Assembly: GCF_006345805.1 (NCBI RefSeq) | Contig: NC_043025.1 | Span: 15,934,001-15,998,000, forward strand | From: Octopus sinensis | Taxonomy: Eukaryota | Direction of reading: 5' to 3' | Length of the DNA stretch: 64,000 nt | Shown: piece by piece, positions 49,293-62,269 of the stretch | Position numbering within the stretch: position 1 is the stretch's first letter | Layout of the letters: the number at the start of each line of letters is the position of its first letter | Position numbers and translations under genes: made by a program | Notes under the pieces: model-generated | Told to the model about the DNA's origin: nothing | The model's database searches: none | What the model saw: only the letters and a program-made list of their open reading frames with translations

Positions 49293-49855
49293 TGTAAATA
49301 TGGTTTCTTTTTGCTTGGACACTGGCTTTTAACAATAGGTTTCCCTTATCTTGAAAAGTAATTTTTAATCAAAAAAATTCCTAAACGATGAACTTTTATC
49401 TTACCTTATATATTATATATTATTTATTTATATACTTCCTATATATATATGTATTTTTATATCTGTATATTTATATATTTCTTTATATTTTTATGTATTT
49501 ATTATTCTAGATGTTGTTATGTTAAAAAAAATATATTTTTTAGTCGCTAAATTATTAATCATTAACTTTTAACCGCGATGGACTGTATTCACACATTTTT
49601 CTTCTATTTTTCTTATATGCTTGTATTGATGAGTTGTGCTTCATCTTCCGTATATTCTACGTGAAAGAAAAAGCATCATGTGATTAAATGTTTGAGATAT
49701 GAAATGTTACGTGGATGACCCTGTATTTGTTATGTTCTGCAACCATAGTTTGATATATTTGTCTCATTCAATTGAGCACTTCTATAGCAGTCCTATTAAA
49801 CATTTTGTTCCTTATAAGAAACAATCACTTTATTATAAATATATATATATATATA

Positions 49856-50545
49856 AAGAAATGAAGCTAGCATGATCCGCTGGATGTGTAGTGTCAGTGT
49901 GCACGCAAAACAGAGTGTAAGTATCCTGAGAGAAATGCTGGATATAAGAAGCATCAGATGTGGTGTGCAAGAGCGACGCTTGCGATGGTATGGTCATGTA
50001 CTGCGGATGGATGAAGAGAGATGTGTGAAGAAGTGCCACTCCCAAACGTTGAAGGTATCAGGGGGAGAGGTAGACCCAGGAAGACATGGGATGAGGTGGT
50101 CAAGCATGACCTCAGAGCATTGGGCCTCACTGAGGCAATGGCGAAGGACCGAGATCTCTGGAGATATGCTGTGACTACAAAGACCCGGCTGCTTTCTGCA
50201 GCAATTCCACATACCCCCTACCCATTCTAAGTACCCCGGATCCCCAAAGTACCCCGATCCCCCAAAGTACCCCGGACCTCGTTGCCCCCGTGCCGCTGAC
50301 ACGTTAAAATGCTCGAACCGATCGTGACGATGCTGGACCCTCCGGCCCCTGTGCAGGTGGCACGTAAAAAGCACCCAATCCATCACGGAGTGGTTGGCGT
50401 AGGAAGGGCATCCAGCCGTAGAAACTCTGCCAGATTCAGACTGGAGCCTGTGCGGCCCCTGGCTTCCCAGACCCGGTCGAACCGTCCAACCCGTGCTAGC
50501 GCGGAAAGCGGACGTTAAACGATGATGATGATGATGATGATGATG
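49856..50545 (+). mobile_element. 5'-truncated RTE LINE, followed by another 3'UTR copy (50550-50910)
   Basis: MIRWMC...[11 protein letters not shown], then 3'UTR and (GAT)n. Confidence 0.85.
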
Positions 50546-50912
50546 ATATACACCATTTGAGCGTGATCGTTACCTGCGTTGCCTTACTAGAACTTGTGCT
50601 GGTGGCATGTGAAAAAAAACAACATTCGAGCGAGGTCGTCGCCAGTGCCACTGGACTGGCTCCTGTGCAGGTGGCACATAAAAAGCACCATTTGAGCATG
50701 GCCATTGCCAGTACCACCAAACTGGCCCTCGTGCCAGTGGCACGTGAAATCACCCACTACATTCTCGGAATGGTTGGTGTTAGGAAGGGCATCCAGCTGT
50801 AGAAGGTCTGCCAGATCAGATTGGAGGCTGGCGCAGCCATCTGGTTCGCCAGACCTCAGTTAAATCATCCAACCCATGCTAGCATGTAAAGCGGACGTTA
50901 AACTATGATGAA

Positions 50913-50965
<53 letters not shown>

Positions 50966-50978
50966 ATACACATATATA

Positions 50979-51232
50979 TTTTGGACCCGTGCATAATTAT
51001 TGTGGCTTTTTTTTCAACAAATTTTATTCAATGAAAACAATAACATGTAACAAAAACATCTTTTGTTAAATGATTATTCTGGAGCAGATTCACCATCTAC
51101 TTCAATTACTGCTTCCCATTTTCTTGGCAAATGGTCAGACCATCATTTAAAGATGTTTTTGTTAAATATTGTTATTGTTTTTGTTGAATAAAATTTGTTG
51201 AAAAAAGCTGCAATAATTATGCCCCAACCCAA
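50979..51232. mobile_element. Mariner-derived MITE with ~75-bp TIRs
   Basis: Long inverted arms; the - strand of the core encodes LPRKWEAVIEVDGE*, a mariner C-terminus; TA flanks. Confidence 0.7.
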
Positions 51233-52531
51233 TATGTATGTGTGTGTATATGTATATATATATATATATATATATACACACGCACACACATACTAGCAGA
51301 AGTACCGAGCATCGCTCGAGATTCAAATACTACAATGTTTTTGACAATTAGTTAATTTCCTATGTCATAAATAACATTAATTCCAAATTGTAACAAAATT
51401 GGTCACCAAGTAACGCTGAAGCCAAACAGTAACAGTTTGATATGAAGTCCTGAGAAGGGCTTTAATGCATTCTCAAATGGTGTAAGAATCACAGGTGAAG
51501 CAGCCCTGTTCTCACAGTTGCAACAATTTGATAAGAAGCCATGAAATGGGATGAAATGCGTTGTCGGCTGGTGTAACTATTGGATGTAAAGTGGCCCTGA
51601 AAAGAGCCTTTTTTTCATTTACACACCAGGACAAGAACGCAAAACATCCAGACAGTTAGGGGATACAAAGAAGGGGACAACATAACCTCCAGGCAGACAA
51701 TACAAAGAAAACAAGGATGGAAAAAAGGGGGAGAAATGGTACACAAATACAAATGCAAATAAGGACATTAACAACAGGTGTCTTTCGACTAAGGATGAAT
51801 TAAATTTAGCTGGCATGGGTGGAAGTGAAGCCTTATGGCAGAGACATAAAAAAATGCCAGGCATATAGAGGAATATAGGCCTGACCTTTCTTTCTTGGTT
51901 CGACTACCAGCCATGCAACATCTGTATTTCTCTCATTACCTGTTAAATCTTCTGTCCCTGCCATAAGCCTTCACTTCCACCCATGCCAGCTTAATTTAAC
52001 GAGTCCTCAGTCGAATAACACCTGTTGTTATCTCCTGTTTATTGCATTTGTATTTGTGTAACACTTCTCCCCCTTTTTTCCATCCTTGTTTTCTTTGCAT
52101 CGTCTGTCTCATCTTTTGTTGTCCCTTTTTTGTATCCCCTAACTGTCTGGATATTTTGCGTTCTTGTCCCATTTTTGTATATATATATATGTAGGCACGG
52201 GCGTGGCTGTGTGGTTAGGGAGCTTGCTTCCTAGCTACATGGTTTCAGGTTCAGTCCCACTGCTTGGCACTTTGGGTATGTGTCTTCCACTATGGCCCCG
52301 AGCCGACCGGAGCTTTGTGATTGAATTCGGTAGGTGGAAGTTACTGCCGTGTGTGTATGTGTGCGTATAGCTGCTCAGTGCCTCTCCAAAAGAGAGAGAG
52401 GGATATAGGAACAAAGAGATGATATTGGGGGGGGGGGACCCAAAGGTTATATAATGAACTTCTTTAGCTTACAGCTGTTTCTCATGTAAGATGTGGTGGA
52501 TTCATAGTTGAGTGCACTTTAGTTAGGAAAT

Positions 52532-52567
<36 letters not shown>

Positions 52568-52689
52568 AAGATGAAAGGCCATTCTTGAGACAGGGGCTCA
52601 TAAGGCTGATTTTAGAGATCTTGTGGTGTGAATATTCATCCCTCCTGGAGAGGATGCCAGTTCATTGAAGAATTACTCATTTTTGCCAT

Positions 52690-54859
52690 GCAGACTACTT
52701 CATCGACGAATGACAGGGTCCTTCCCTTTGTGGCTGGTGATTTCAATGGGCATGTTCGGCGACATGCTGGGGGCTTCCATGGCGTACATGGAGGCTACAG
52801 TTATGGTTCCCGCCACGAGGAGGGAACCAGGCTGCTGGAGTTCTGCGATGCAAATAGTCTTATGGTTTGCAACACTAACTTCAGGAAACCTACCAGCTAC
52901 CTAGTCACCTACCGATCGGGCCGACATACTAGCCAAATCGACTACATCCTTGCCAGAAAAAGGGAAAGATGGCTGCTTATAAATGTCAAAACCTTCCCAG
53001 GCGAAGAATGTACCCCGCAACATAGACTGGTTGTTAGTGACTTTAGGATCAGGACTAAGAGGACGACCAGAAGACGACCAACATGGATAAGAAGGATCTG
53101 AAAGCTTAAATGTCTGGAGAATGGACAGAGATTTAGAGACATATTACTTGAAGCCTTTGACGAAATAGAAGGGGATATAGCTTCACATGGGGTAGAAGAC
53201 AACTGGAGGTCTCTAAGGGACAACCTGCTAAGGGCCACCGATCAGATCTGTGGATGGTGCAAAGTCCCCTCAAGACCCAAAATAACGTGGTGGTGGAACA
53301 ATGTTGTTGACAGGGCTATTAGACAAAAGAAACAGGCTTGGAGGGACTGGAAGAACGGTGGTAGAAGAGAAGTGTATCAGACTGCAAGAAGGGAAGCTAG
53401 GAGGCAGGTTTATTTAGCCAGAGGGGAAGCAAATAAGAAAAAATTTGCCAATGTTCTGTGCCGTGAGGATGAAAGACTTGAGGTATTTCGTGTTGCAAGA
53501 CAGTGTGTGAGAGAGAATTATGATGTGGTAGGAGAGAGGTGTGTTCGCATGGATGATGGTTCACTTGCGCTAAACGAGGATGCAAAGAGAGAGGCTTGGA
53601 GACGCCACTATGAAAGGTTGCTGAATGAGGAAAATGAATGGGATAAAGAGAGTCTGCCGAATGTCAACCCAACAGAGGGACCAGCTATCTGAATTGACAG
53701 TACCTTGGTAGATAAAGCAATTAAAAGTATGAAGACAGGGAAAGCCCCAGGCCCATCAGGAATTACTGCAGAGATGGTAGTGTCGGCTATAGCCTAGTCA
53801 CCCGTATAGTTAACCAGGTGATACACGAAGGAGTCATACCCAATGACTGGTGTAGCAGCATAATAGTCAACTGCTACAAAGGTAAAGGTGACACCCTAGA
53901 TACAAATAACTACAGGGGTATCAAGCTACTGGATCAGGTAATGAAGGTTACGGAGCGGGTCATAGCCCAACTAATTAGAGAGAGAGTTAGCTTAGATGAG
54001 ATGCAGTTTGGGTTCGTGCCAGGGAAAAGTACTACTGATGCTATATTCCTGGTAAGAAAGCTGCAGGAGAAATACCTAGCCAAAGATAAGCCCCTGTACC
54101 TGGCTTTTGTTGACATGGAGAAAGCCTTCGACAGGGTCCCCCGATCCCTTATCTGGTGGTCAATGAGGAAACTAGGGATAGATGAATGGTTAGTGAGAGC
54201 TGTGCAAGCCATGTACAAGGATGCTGTCAGTAAGGTGAGGGTTGGCAACGAGTACAGTGAAGAATTCCGGGTAGAGGTTGGGGTCCACCGTCCTCTGCCC
54301 CCTCGTATTTATCATAGTCCTCCAGGCAATAATGGAGGAATTCAAGACAGGATGCCCCTGGGAGCTCCTCTATGCTGATGACCTTGCTCTAATTGTTGAG
54401 TCACTATCAGAACTGGAGGAGAAGTTTCAGGTGTGGAAGCAAGGATTAGAATTGAAGGGCCTTAGAGTCAACCTAGCTAAAACCAAAGTCCTAATAAGTA
54501 GGAAGGCAGACAAATCACAAACACCTTCAGGTAGATGGCCCTGCTCGATCTGTAGAAAAGGTGTAGGTAGAAACTCTATAAGATGCACCAAGTGTAAGCT
54601 ATGGACACATAAGAGGTGCAGCAATGTCAAAGGAAAGCTAACTAGGAAGATAGTTTTTGTATGTGGCAGATGCTCAGGAGCAATAAACACTGAAAATGTG
54701 CAGAGACCAACTTCCGTCACATTCCAGGGAGAAAAACTGTAAATTGTTGATAGCTTCTGTTACCTAGGTCAATAGCGGGGGCGGGTGTGCTGAAAGTGTA
54801 ACTGCTAGAGTAAGAATAGCCTGGGCAAAGTTCAGAGAGCTCTTACATCTGCTGGTGAC
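52690..54859 (+). mobile_element. RTE LINE fragment (APE end, RT, Cys-rich insert), disrupted, without 3' tail
   Basis: GDFNGH, SQIDYIL, QFGFVPGKSTTDAIF, YADD, WPCSICRKG. Confidence 0.9.
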
Positions 54860-57685
54860 TCAGTTTCCATTTCTTTTTAGATTTAAGCCATTAAAAAGAT
54901 TGAAGAAAGCCAGACTCAACTTGAAAGGAAATTTGTCCTAAAATGCTGCTGGGAGTTTGAAAATACAGTCAAAGCGCAAAGACTGTTTAGGGGGTAGTTC
55001 CAAACAGATTCCCCTACATGCTTTGCCATCACATGAATTAGAATTTGAAGCTGTTGGAACTGTTTAGAATGGCCACATGAAATGTTAAGGAACACGATGG
55101 GCATCAATGACCCCCACAGAATTAGAAAGTGCACGAGAATCAAATCCATCGATAAGGCTTTGGCTGACTGAAAGTTATAGTAGAAAATACTTGCCCAAGG
55201 TGCCATGCTGTGTAAATGAACCCAGAACCATGTGGTTGGGAGGCAGACTTCTTACCCAACAGCTACCCAGGTGCTTGTCTTATATAATAAGTGGAGGCGC
55301 AATGGCCCAGTGGTTAGGGCAGCGGACTCGCGGTCATAGGATCGCGGTTTCGATTCCCAGACCGGGCGTTGTGAGTGTTTATTGAGCGAAAACACCTAAA
55401 GCTCCACGAGGCTCCGGCAGGGGATGGTGGTGATCCCTGCTGTACTCTTTCACCACAACTTTCTCTCTTTCTTCCTGTTTCTGTTGTACCTGTATTTCAA
55501 AGGGCCGGCCTTGTCACTCTCTGTGTCATGCTGAATATCCCCGAGAACTACGTTAAGGGTACACGTGTCTGTGGAGAGCTCAGCCACTTACACGTTAATT
55601 TCACGAGCAGGCTGTTCCGTTGGTCGGATCAACCGGAACCCTCGTCGTCGTAACCGACGGAGTGCTTCCATCCATAGTTATATAATATTCTTATTTGACG
55701 CCAGTTTATCAGATTATTTTCCGGTGTCACAGCTGTCGGAAGATGTTGCTCAGGAACTAATGGAATTAATAAAATACAATGTGTGTGTATATGTATGTGT
55801 TTATATAGGTATGTAGATGTGAATATAATGCTCTGTGCGTGCGTGTGTGTGTGTACATGCAGGAGTATCTATGCATGTGTATACGTATTTGGGTGTCTAT
55901 ATAATCAGGCATATGTGTACATCTATGTGTATGTCACCATCTATATGCATGTATGTGTATGTAGGTACACACATACACCTGTGTGTATATATGTGTGTGT
56001 GTGTATGTATTATGTATACACATACTCAGAGGTTTAAATACACAATTAAAAAAATCATTAGCTTCATTTGTGTGTTACACATCAATCATCATCATCATCA
56101 TCATCATCGTTTCATGTCTGTTTTCCATGCTGGCATGGGTTGGATGGTTTGACTGAGGTCTGGAGAGCCAGCGGCTGCAGGATTTTAATATTCATGCACA
56201 TTATTTATGTATACATGCACTATACATACATGCACACTATACAAACATTCACACATACCTATATACATGGTGGCTGCCCCCTCGTTATCGAGTATGGCCA
56301 TTGCACGAAGCTTAATCATCAATGTTGTTATCATGCAATGCCTGTGCAAGAAGATTTTTTTTAAAGTGAGGAAAGGCTGTGCACTGAGTCAATCCCACTC
56401 ACTAAGCAACAGCAGCCATAATCCGAAAAGAAGAACAAGTCAACATCATCGGTAACCACTGAGCCGCAGGTTTTAAGTCGGAGTTATCCCAGTTACCTGA
56501 GTTGCCTTCTCCAAGAAGGATGCCCTAACAATGGCTAGGAGTCCTTCACTCCCAATGGTTTAACTGCGCGATCGGGTATTCAATCCGATTATTTCTATGT
56601 CCCCGCGCATGATACAGCCTTAAGACATTTATTGGATGGCCATTGACTCTCAAGAGTTCCTCCGCCCTTTGACGGGTTTTGTTTTTCATCCTGCAGGGTG
56701 TCCACAAAACACCCTCCTCACCAAGCAAGCTTGGTGGGACTGCCGGTTTAGTCGCCGACGACCTGACCATGCAACAGGTTGTACTGGGTTACATGTTACC
56801 ACCTATATACATACATACATACATACATACAGGCACACTGTGTGTGTGTGTGTATATACACACACACTCACTCTGTTCCAAATAATTAGATGTTCCCTGT
56901 CCAAGGCTTTGGTCAAAATGTTACACACTTATCGATTTCCATATTTTTATTCTTTTATATGAATTAGTCCTAAGGCTGTGGCCACGCTGGGGCACCATCA
57001 GTGAATCTTTTATTCTTTACTCATTTCAGTCATAGGATTGTGGCCATTCTGGAGCACAGCCTTGAGGAGTTTTTCATCTTATGAATTGACCCCCAGTACC
57101 TCTTTTTTTGAAGTCTGGTACTTTCTCTATTGGTTTCTTTTGCCAAACTGCTAAGTTACAGGGATGTAAGCACACCAACATCGGTTGTTGATTACTCATA
57201 GGTAAATCAAAAAGGATGAGAAGCCCTTTATGGGTTCCTTGATTCTGTGGGGTCTAACATAGATTCATTACACAATTTCTTGTCTTTTATCATATACTAG
57301 CAGTATTGCCCGGCGTTGCTCGGGTTTGTAAGGGAAATAACTATAAAGCATTTTTAGAGAGTTATAGCCAAAAAATGGGAAAAAAATGATGGTAAATTTT
57401 TTTTTTAGTTAAAAAGGTCGAGTTGCGTCCCCTAGACAGTCTGTGGTTTGTGTTTCTGATTCTCGACCCCATGTCGAATTTATCGATTTTTTTCAGAACT
57501 GGGGAAACTTTTCAAAATTTTCGCTGCGTTAGTTTTGAATTATGACATTGGGCTATGTGTGTGTCAAGTTTCATCAGAATCGGTTGAAAGCCGTGGTCAG
57601 GGTGAGGGTACAAGCAAACAGACACACAGAAACACGCACAGACAAACTGCCGTTGATATATAGAGAGATGTGAGTTATTATATAT

Positions 57686-58095
57686 CATCATCATCATCAT
57701 CATCATTTAACGTCCGCTTTCTATGCTAGCATGGGTTGGACGGTTCAACTGGGGTCTGGGAAGCCCGAAGGCTGCACCAGGCCAGTCAGATCTGGCAGTG
57801 TTTCTACAGCTGGATGCCCTTCCTAACGCCAACCACTCCGAGAGTGTAGTGGGTGATTTTATGTGCCACCAACACAGGTGCCAGACGAGGCTGGCAAACG
57901 GCCACGCTCGGATGGTGTTTGTTACGTGCCCACAGCACGGAGGCCAGTCAATGCGGTACTGGCTACGGCCACGTTCAGATGGTTTTCGTATGTGCCACCG
58001 GCACTGGTACCACAAAACTACAAATTCCATTAATGTTCATCGAGTTTGCTTTTGATTTTGTCCATTTTCACTTGCCTCAACAGGTCTTCACAAGT

Positions 58096-58100
<5 letters not shown>
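57686..58100 (-). mobile_element. RTE 3'UTR copy
   Basis: Same subfamily as 60126-60640 (+). Confidence 0.8.
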
Positions 58101-58162
<62 letters not shown>

Positions 58163-58205
58163 TATATTAATAAATTATGCATATGTATATATGCATATGT
58201 ATATA

Positions 58206-58244
<39 letters not shown>

Positions 58245-59049
58245 TATTATTATCATTTAATTGAATGCCACACATCCATTTCCAAGTATATATATGTGTG
58301 TGTGTGTGTGTGGCTGTGTGGTAAGAAGTTTGCTTCCCAACCATATGGTTCCTGGTTCAATCCCAGTGCATTGCACCTTGGGCAAGTGTCTTCTAATATA
58401 GCCCTGAGACAACCAGAGCCTGTAATTCAAAGGGGCCAGCCTTGTCACATTTTGTGTCATGCTGAATCTCCCCGAGAACTACATTAAGGGTACACGTCTG
58501 TGGAGTACTCAGCCACTTGCACGTTTATTTCACTAGCAAGCTGTTTTGTTGATTGGAGCAATAGCAACGGATTGCCAGTAAAAAATTGTGTGTGTGTGCG
58601 AATGTGGGTATGTGTGTGGATGTATGTGAATATGTGTGTGGGGTGTGTGTGTATATATATGTGTTTGTGTGTGGGTGTGGTTGTATCATTCAGCATGGGT
58701 TGGATGATTTGACTGAGGTCTGGCAAACCAGATGCTTGCACCAGGCTCCAATCTGATCTGGCAGAGTTTCTACAGCTGGATGCCCTTCCTAACGCCAACC
58801 ACTCCGAGAGTGAAGTGAGTGCTTTTACGTGCCACTGGCACGAGGGCCAGTCTGGTGTTACTGGCAACAGCCACACTCAAATGGTGTTTTTTATGTGCCA
58901 CCTGCAAGGCCAGTGGCACTGGCCACGACCTCACTCGAATGTTTTTTTCACATGCCACCAGTATCCAAGTGCCAGGAAGGCGACTGTGTGTGTGGCTGTG
59001 TGGATGGTGTGTCTATACCCATCGACAAACTGTTAAAACAAAATTTAAT

Positions 59050-59407
59050 TATTAATAGTTATCGCCATACTAATATGGCAGTCTATAAATATAAGACTAA
59101 AGCTGTCGCTGATTAGCTCCAAGAGGCCACTGCCTCTTGCTAGCTATATGACACGCGAACCTGCGTCCATTACTACCTGCTGGTTCTGACTACGCTGCAT
59201 TGTTAAAGGGCAACAACCCTGAAACATGTCTGCAGATGTCTGACCAGCAAGGTGAAGCGGCTGACCTCCCCTGTTCGAAGGTTGTAATGGACGCAGGTTC
59301 GTGTGTCATATAGCTAGCTAGAGGCCGTGGCCTCTTGGAGCTAATCAGCGACAGCTTTAGTCTTATATTTATAGACTGCCATATTAGTATGGCGATAACT
59401 ATTAATA
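59050..59407. mobile_element. Inverted-repeat element (124-bp arms) with a decayed minimal hammerhead in the spacer
   Basis: 59050-59173 is the near-perfect reverse complement of 59284-59407. CTGCA-ttgttaa-AGGG caacaa CCCT-GAAA-CATG-TC/TGCAG at 59195-59235. Confidence 0.7.
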
Positions 59408-59794
59408 TCCAGTAACGCTGCCGTAATCTCCTTTAGAGAGACTTAGTAATTTTAATATTTCTAAAATTTAATTAGTGAGATACAAATCTGTGCTATCATT
59501 TACCATTTAATGAATTTAATTTAATTACCAATTATGTTCTGTTCATTAAGGTATTTAATGAGCTTCTTTTAATTGATAACTCTACCCTCTTTGAGGAATT
59601 TAATGAATTTGTGACTTTAATTACTACTCTGATTGTTAAGTTATATTTTGCCTTCTACTTGCTTCAGTCATTAGACTGTAGCCATTCTGGGGCACCTCCT
59701 GATGGAAGAGCACCTTTTGTCTTGAAACCGAAGATGGTCATTTTTATTCTAGTGCTGACTTAAGCCACTCAAGCTATATATATCAAATCAAATC

Positions 59795-60640
59795 AAATCA
59801 AAACAAATCAAAATAGATGAACATTAATGGAATTGTATCTTTGTGGTACCAGTGCCGGTGGCACACAAGAAAACCATCCGAACGTGGCCGTAGCCAGTAC
59901 CGCACCGACTGGCCTCCGTGCTGTGGGCACGTAACAAACACCATCCGATCGTGGCCGTTCGCCAGCCTCATCTGGCACCTGTGTCGGTGGCACATAAAAA
60001 CACCATCCGAAGACCCGGCAAGACTAGTCAGGCCATAACCCGTGGCCCCTACCTGGGACGTAGTCAGTCCACCTGTGCATACCTTTCTTCTTGTGACACT
60101 TGTGAAGACCTGTTGAGGCAAGTGAAAATCAAAACAAATCAAAATAGATGAACATCAATGGAATTTGTATCTTTGTGGTACCAGTGCCGGTGGCACGTGG
60201 CACACAAGAAAACCATCCGAACGTGGCCGTAGCCAGTACCGCATCGACTGGCCTCCGTGCTGTGGGCACGTAACAAACACCATCCGATCGTGGCCGTTTG
60301 CCAGCCTCATCTGGCACCTGTGTCGGTGGCACATAAAAATACCATCCGAGCGTGGCCGTCTGCCAGCCTCGTCTGGCACCTGTGTCGGTGGCACATAAAA
60401 AACACCATCCGAGCGTGGCCGTTTGCCAGCCTCGTCTGGCACCTGTGTCAGTGGCACATAAAATCACCCACTACACTCTCGGAGTGGTTGGCGTTAGGAA
60501 GGGCATCCAGCTGTAGAAACACTGCCAGATCTGACTGGACTGGTGCAGCCTTCGGGCTTCCCAGACCCCAGTTGAACCGTCCAACCCATGCTAGCATGGA
60601 AAGCGGACGTTAAATGATGATGATGATGATGATGATGATA
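59795..60640 (+). mobile_element. 5'-truncated RTE with an internal 3'UTR piece duplicated at its 5' junction
   Basis: ~59805-60010 repeats ~60130-60340 and precedes the ORF2-end sequence at 60011. Confidence 0.75.
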
Positions 60641-62015
60641 TATATATATATATAAAATGTCCTAGGGTTGATTTGTTTGGCTAAAACACTTCAAGGTATT
60701 ACCCCAGCATGGCCACAGTCGAATGACTAAAACACATAATGGATAAAAATAAATTAATCTCCTTCACCACCACTGCCATCACCATTACCACGGCGATGGC
60801 CACACCACCACCACTGCCACCACCACCACTATCCCTACCACCACCATCACCACTGTTGTTACTTTAATAACTCTCTCTGCTCTGTCTGATCGTCAAAATA
60901 ATTAACAAACTTATCAGTTTAATTAGCAAATTTACTTTGGCCATTAAAGATTTTGAATGATCTTATTACCTTAATTAGCAAGTCTTATCCCAACCTTAAA
61001 GTATTTAACGATCAATACAAGTGGCACAGGAGGAGGAGGCATGGCTGGGTGGTAAGGAGCAGGCTTCCCAACCAAGCAAAGCCTTGTGAGCGGATTTGAT
61101 AGATGGAAACTAAAAGAAGCCTGTCGTATCTGTGTGTGTGTGTTGTGCTCCACCATCATTTGACAACCAGATTTGTTTTCATCTCCATAACTTAAGGGGT
61201 TGGCAAAAGGGACCAGGTTCCCAAGCTTGAAAAAAAAGACCAAAAAGGGACTGGGTTCAATTCATTTGACTAAGAATTCTTCAAGGCAGTGCTACAGCAT
61301 GGCCATAGTCTAATCACTGAAACAAGATAAAAGATATTGCTTTAATTGGCAAGTCTACTCCTTTCCTTCATTAAAATATTTAACGAACTTGCTGCTTTAA
61401 TTAGCAAGTCTCACCATTCAAGTATATAATTGGTTTTAGAGTTGGGGTTGCCTGCCTTTAGCCTTTTCCTTTCCCAAGGAACTCACAAGGCAGTGAAGGT
61501 TTGTGCCTGGAGTATTTTTCCCTAACAGGCCAATTAACTCATAACTGGTACCCTGATAGGGGCCACTAATCTGGGTCAGAGCAGCCCTGGGAACAATAGT
61601 AGCTAAGTGGTGGTTCCACAGTTTTTAAAATCCTACAATTCCCTAACCAGGGACCTCACAACCAGATGCCGTTTCCAGCCATACCCAAGACAAGGAATGG
61701 GGCCCTTCAAGAGGTTCAGTGTCCTTATTGACACCTTTCTGGCAACTGCAGGACAGATGGATCTCTCTGACCCTGTAAGGCCCCTCCAGTGTAAAACCTG
61801 CAGCTGGCCACTGGTCACAGCATCAGTCTGAGCTTGCTGAATCGTTGTGGTCAGACCTCAACACCTAAAGAGTAGGATCGGATTGCACAAGATCATTTTC
61901 AAGCTATTAAATGCAGGCAGGAAGCAAATCCATGCTACATCAAGGATCAGGTTACATGAGCATTTGAGGGTATGCTGCTTTTTCTTGTGATCTTTGGACA
62001 TGAAAAAACCTTTAA

Positions 62016-62235
62016 CCCTTTAGTGTTCAGATTACTCTGTTAAATGTAATGCTTTTTTTATTTAAATTGTTTTGAATTAATCATTCATTATCTTATAGCT
62101 TTGAGGTTTCAATGATGTGATTGTTTATTTTTAGGTTTATTTTTAGGTTTAGTGTGAGAGGCTAGATATGTCCAGTTGAATATAAAATATGTAGAATATA
62201 TTGGGCCGGATTTGGCCAGTTTAAACACGAAAGGG
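62016..62235. mobile_element. piggyBac-type MITE
   Basis: TTAA|CCCTTTAGTGTT...AACACGAAAGGG|TTAA. Confidence 0.75.
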
Positions 62236-62269
62236 TTAAGTGTACTCCATCCTGCCAATAGTGCCTAAG

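Noticed and set aside
61500-61980. GC-balanced unique block with short ORFs
   Set aside because: No recognisable domain and no compatible splice sites for the transporter.
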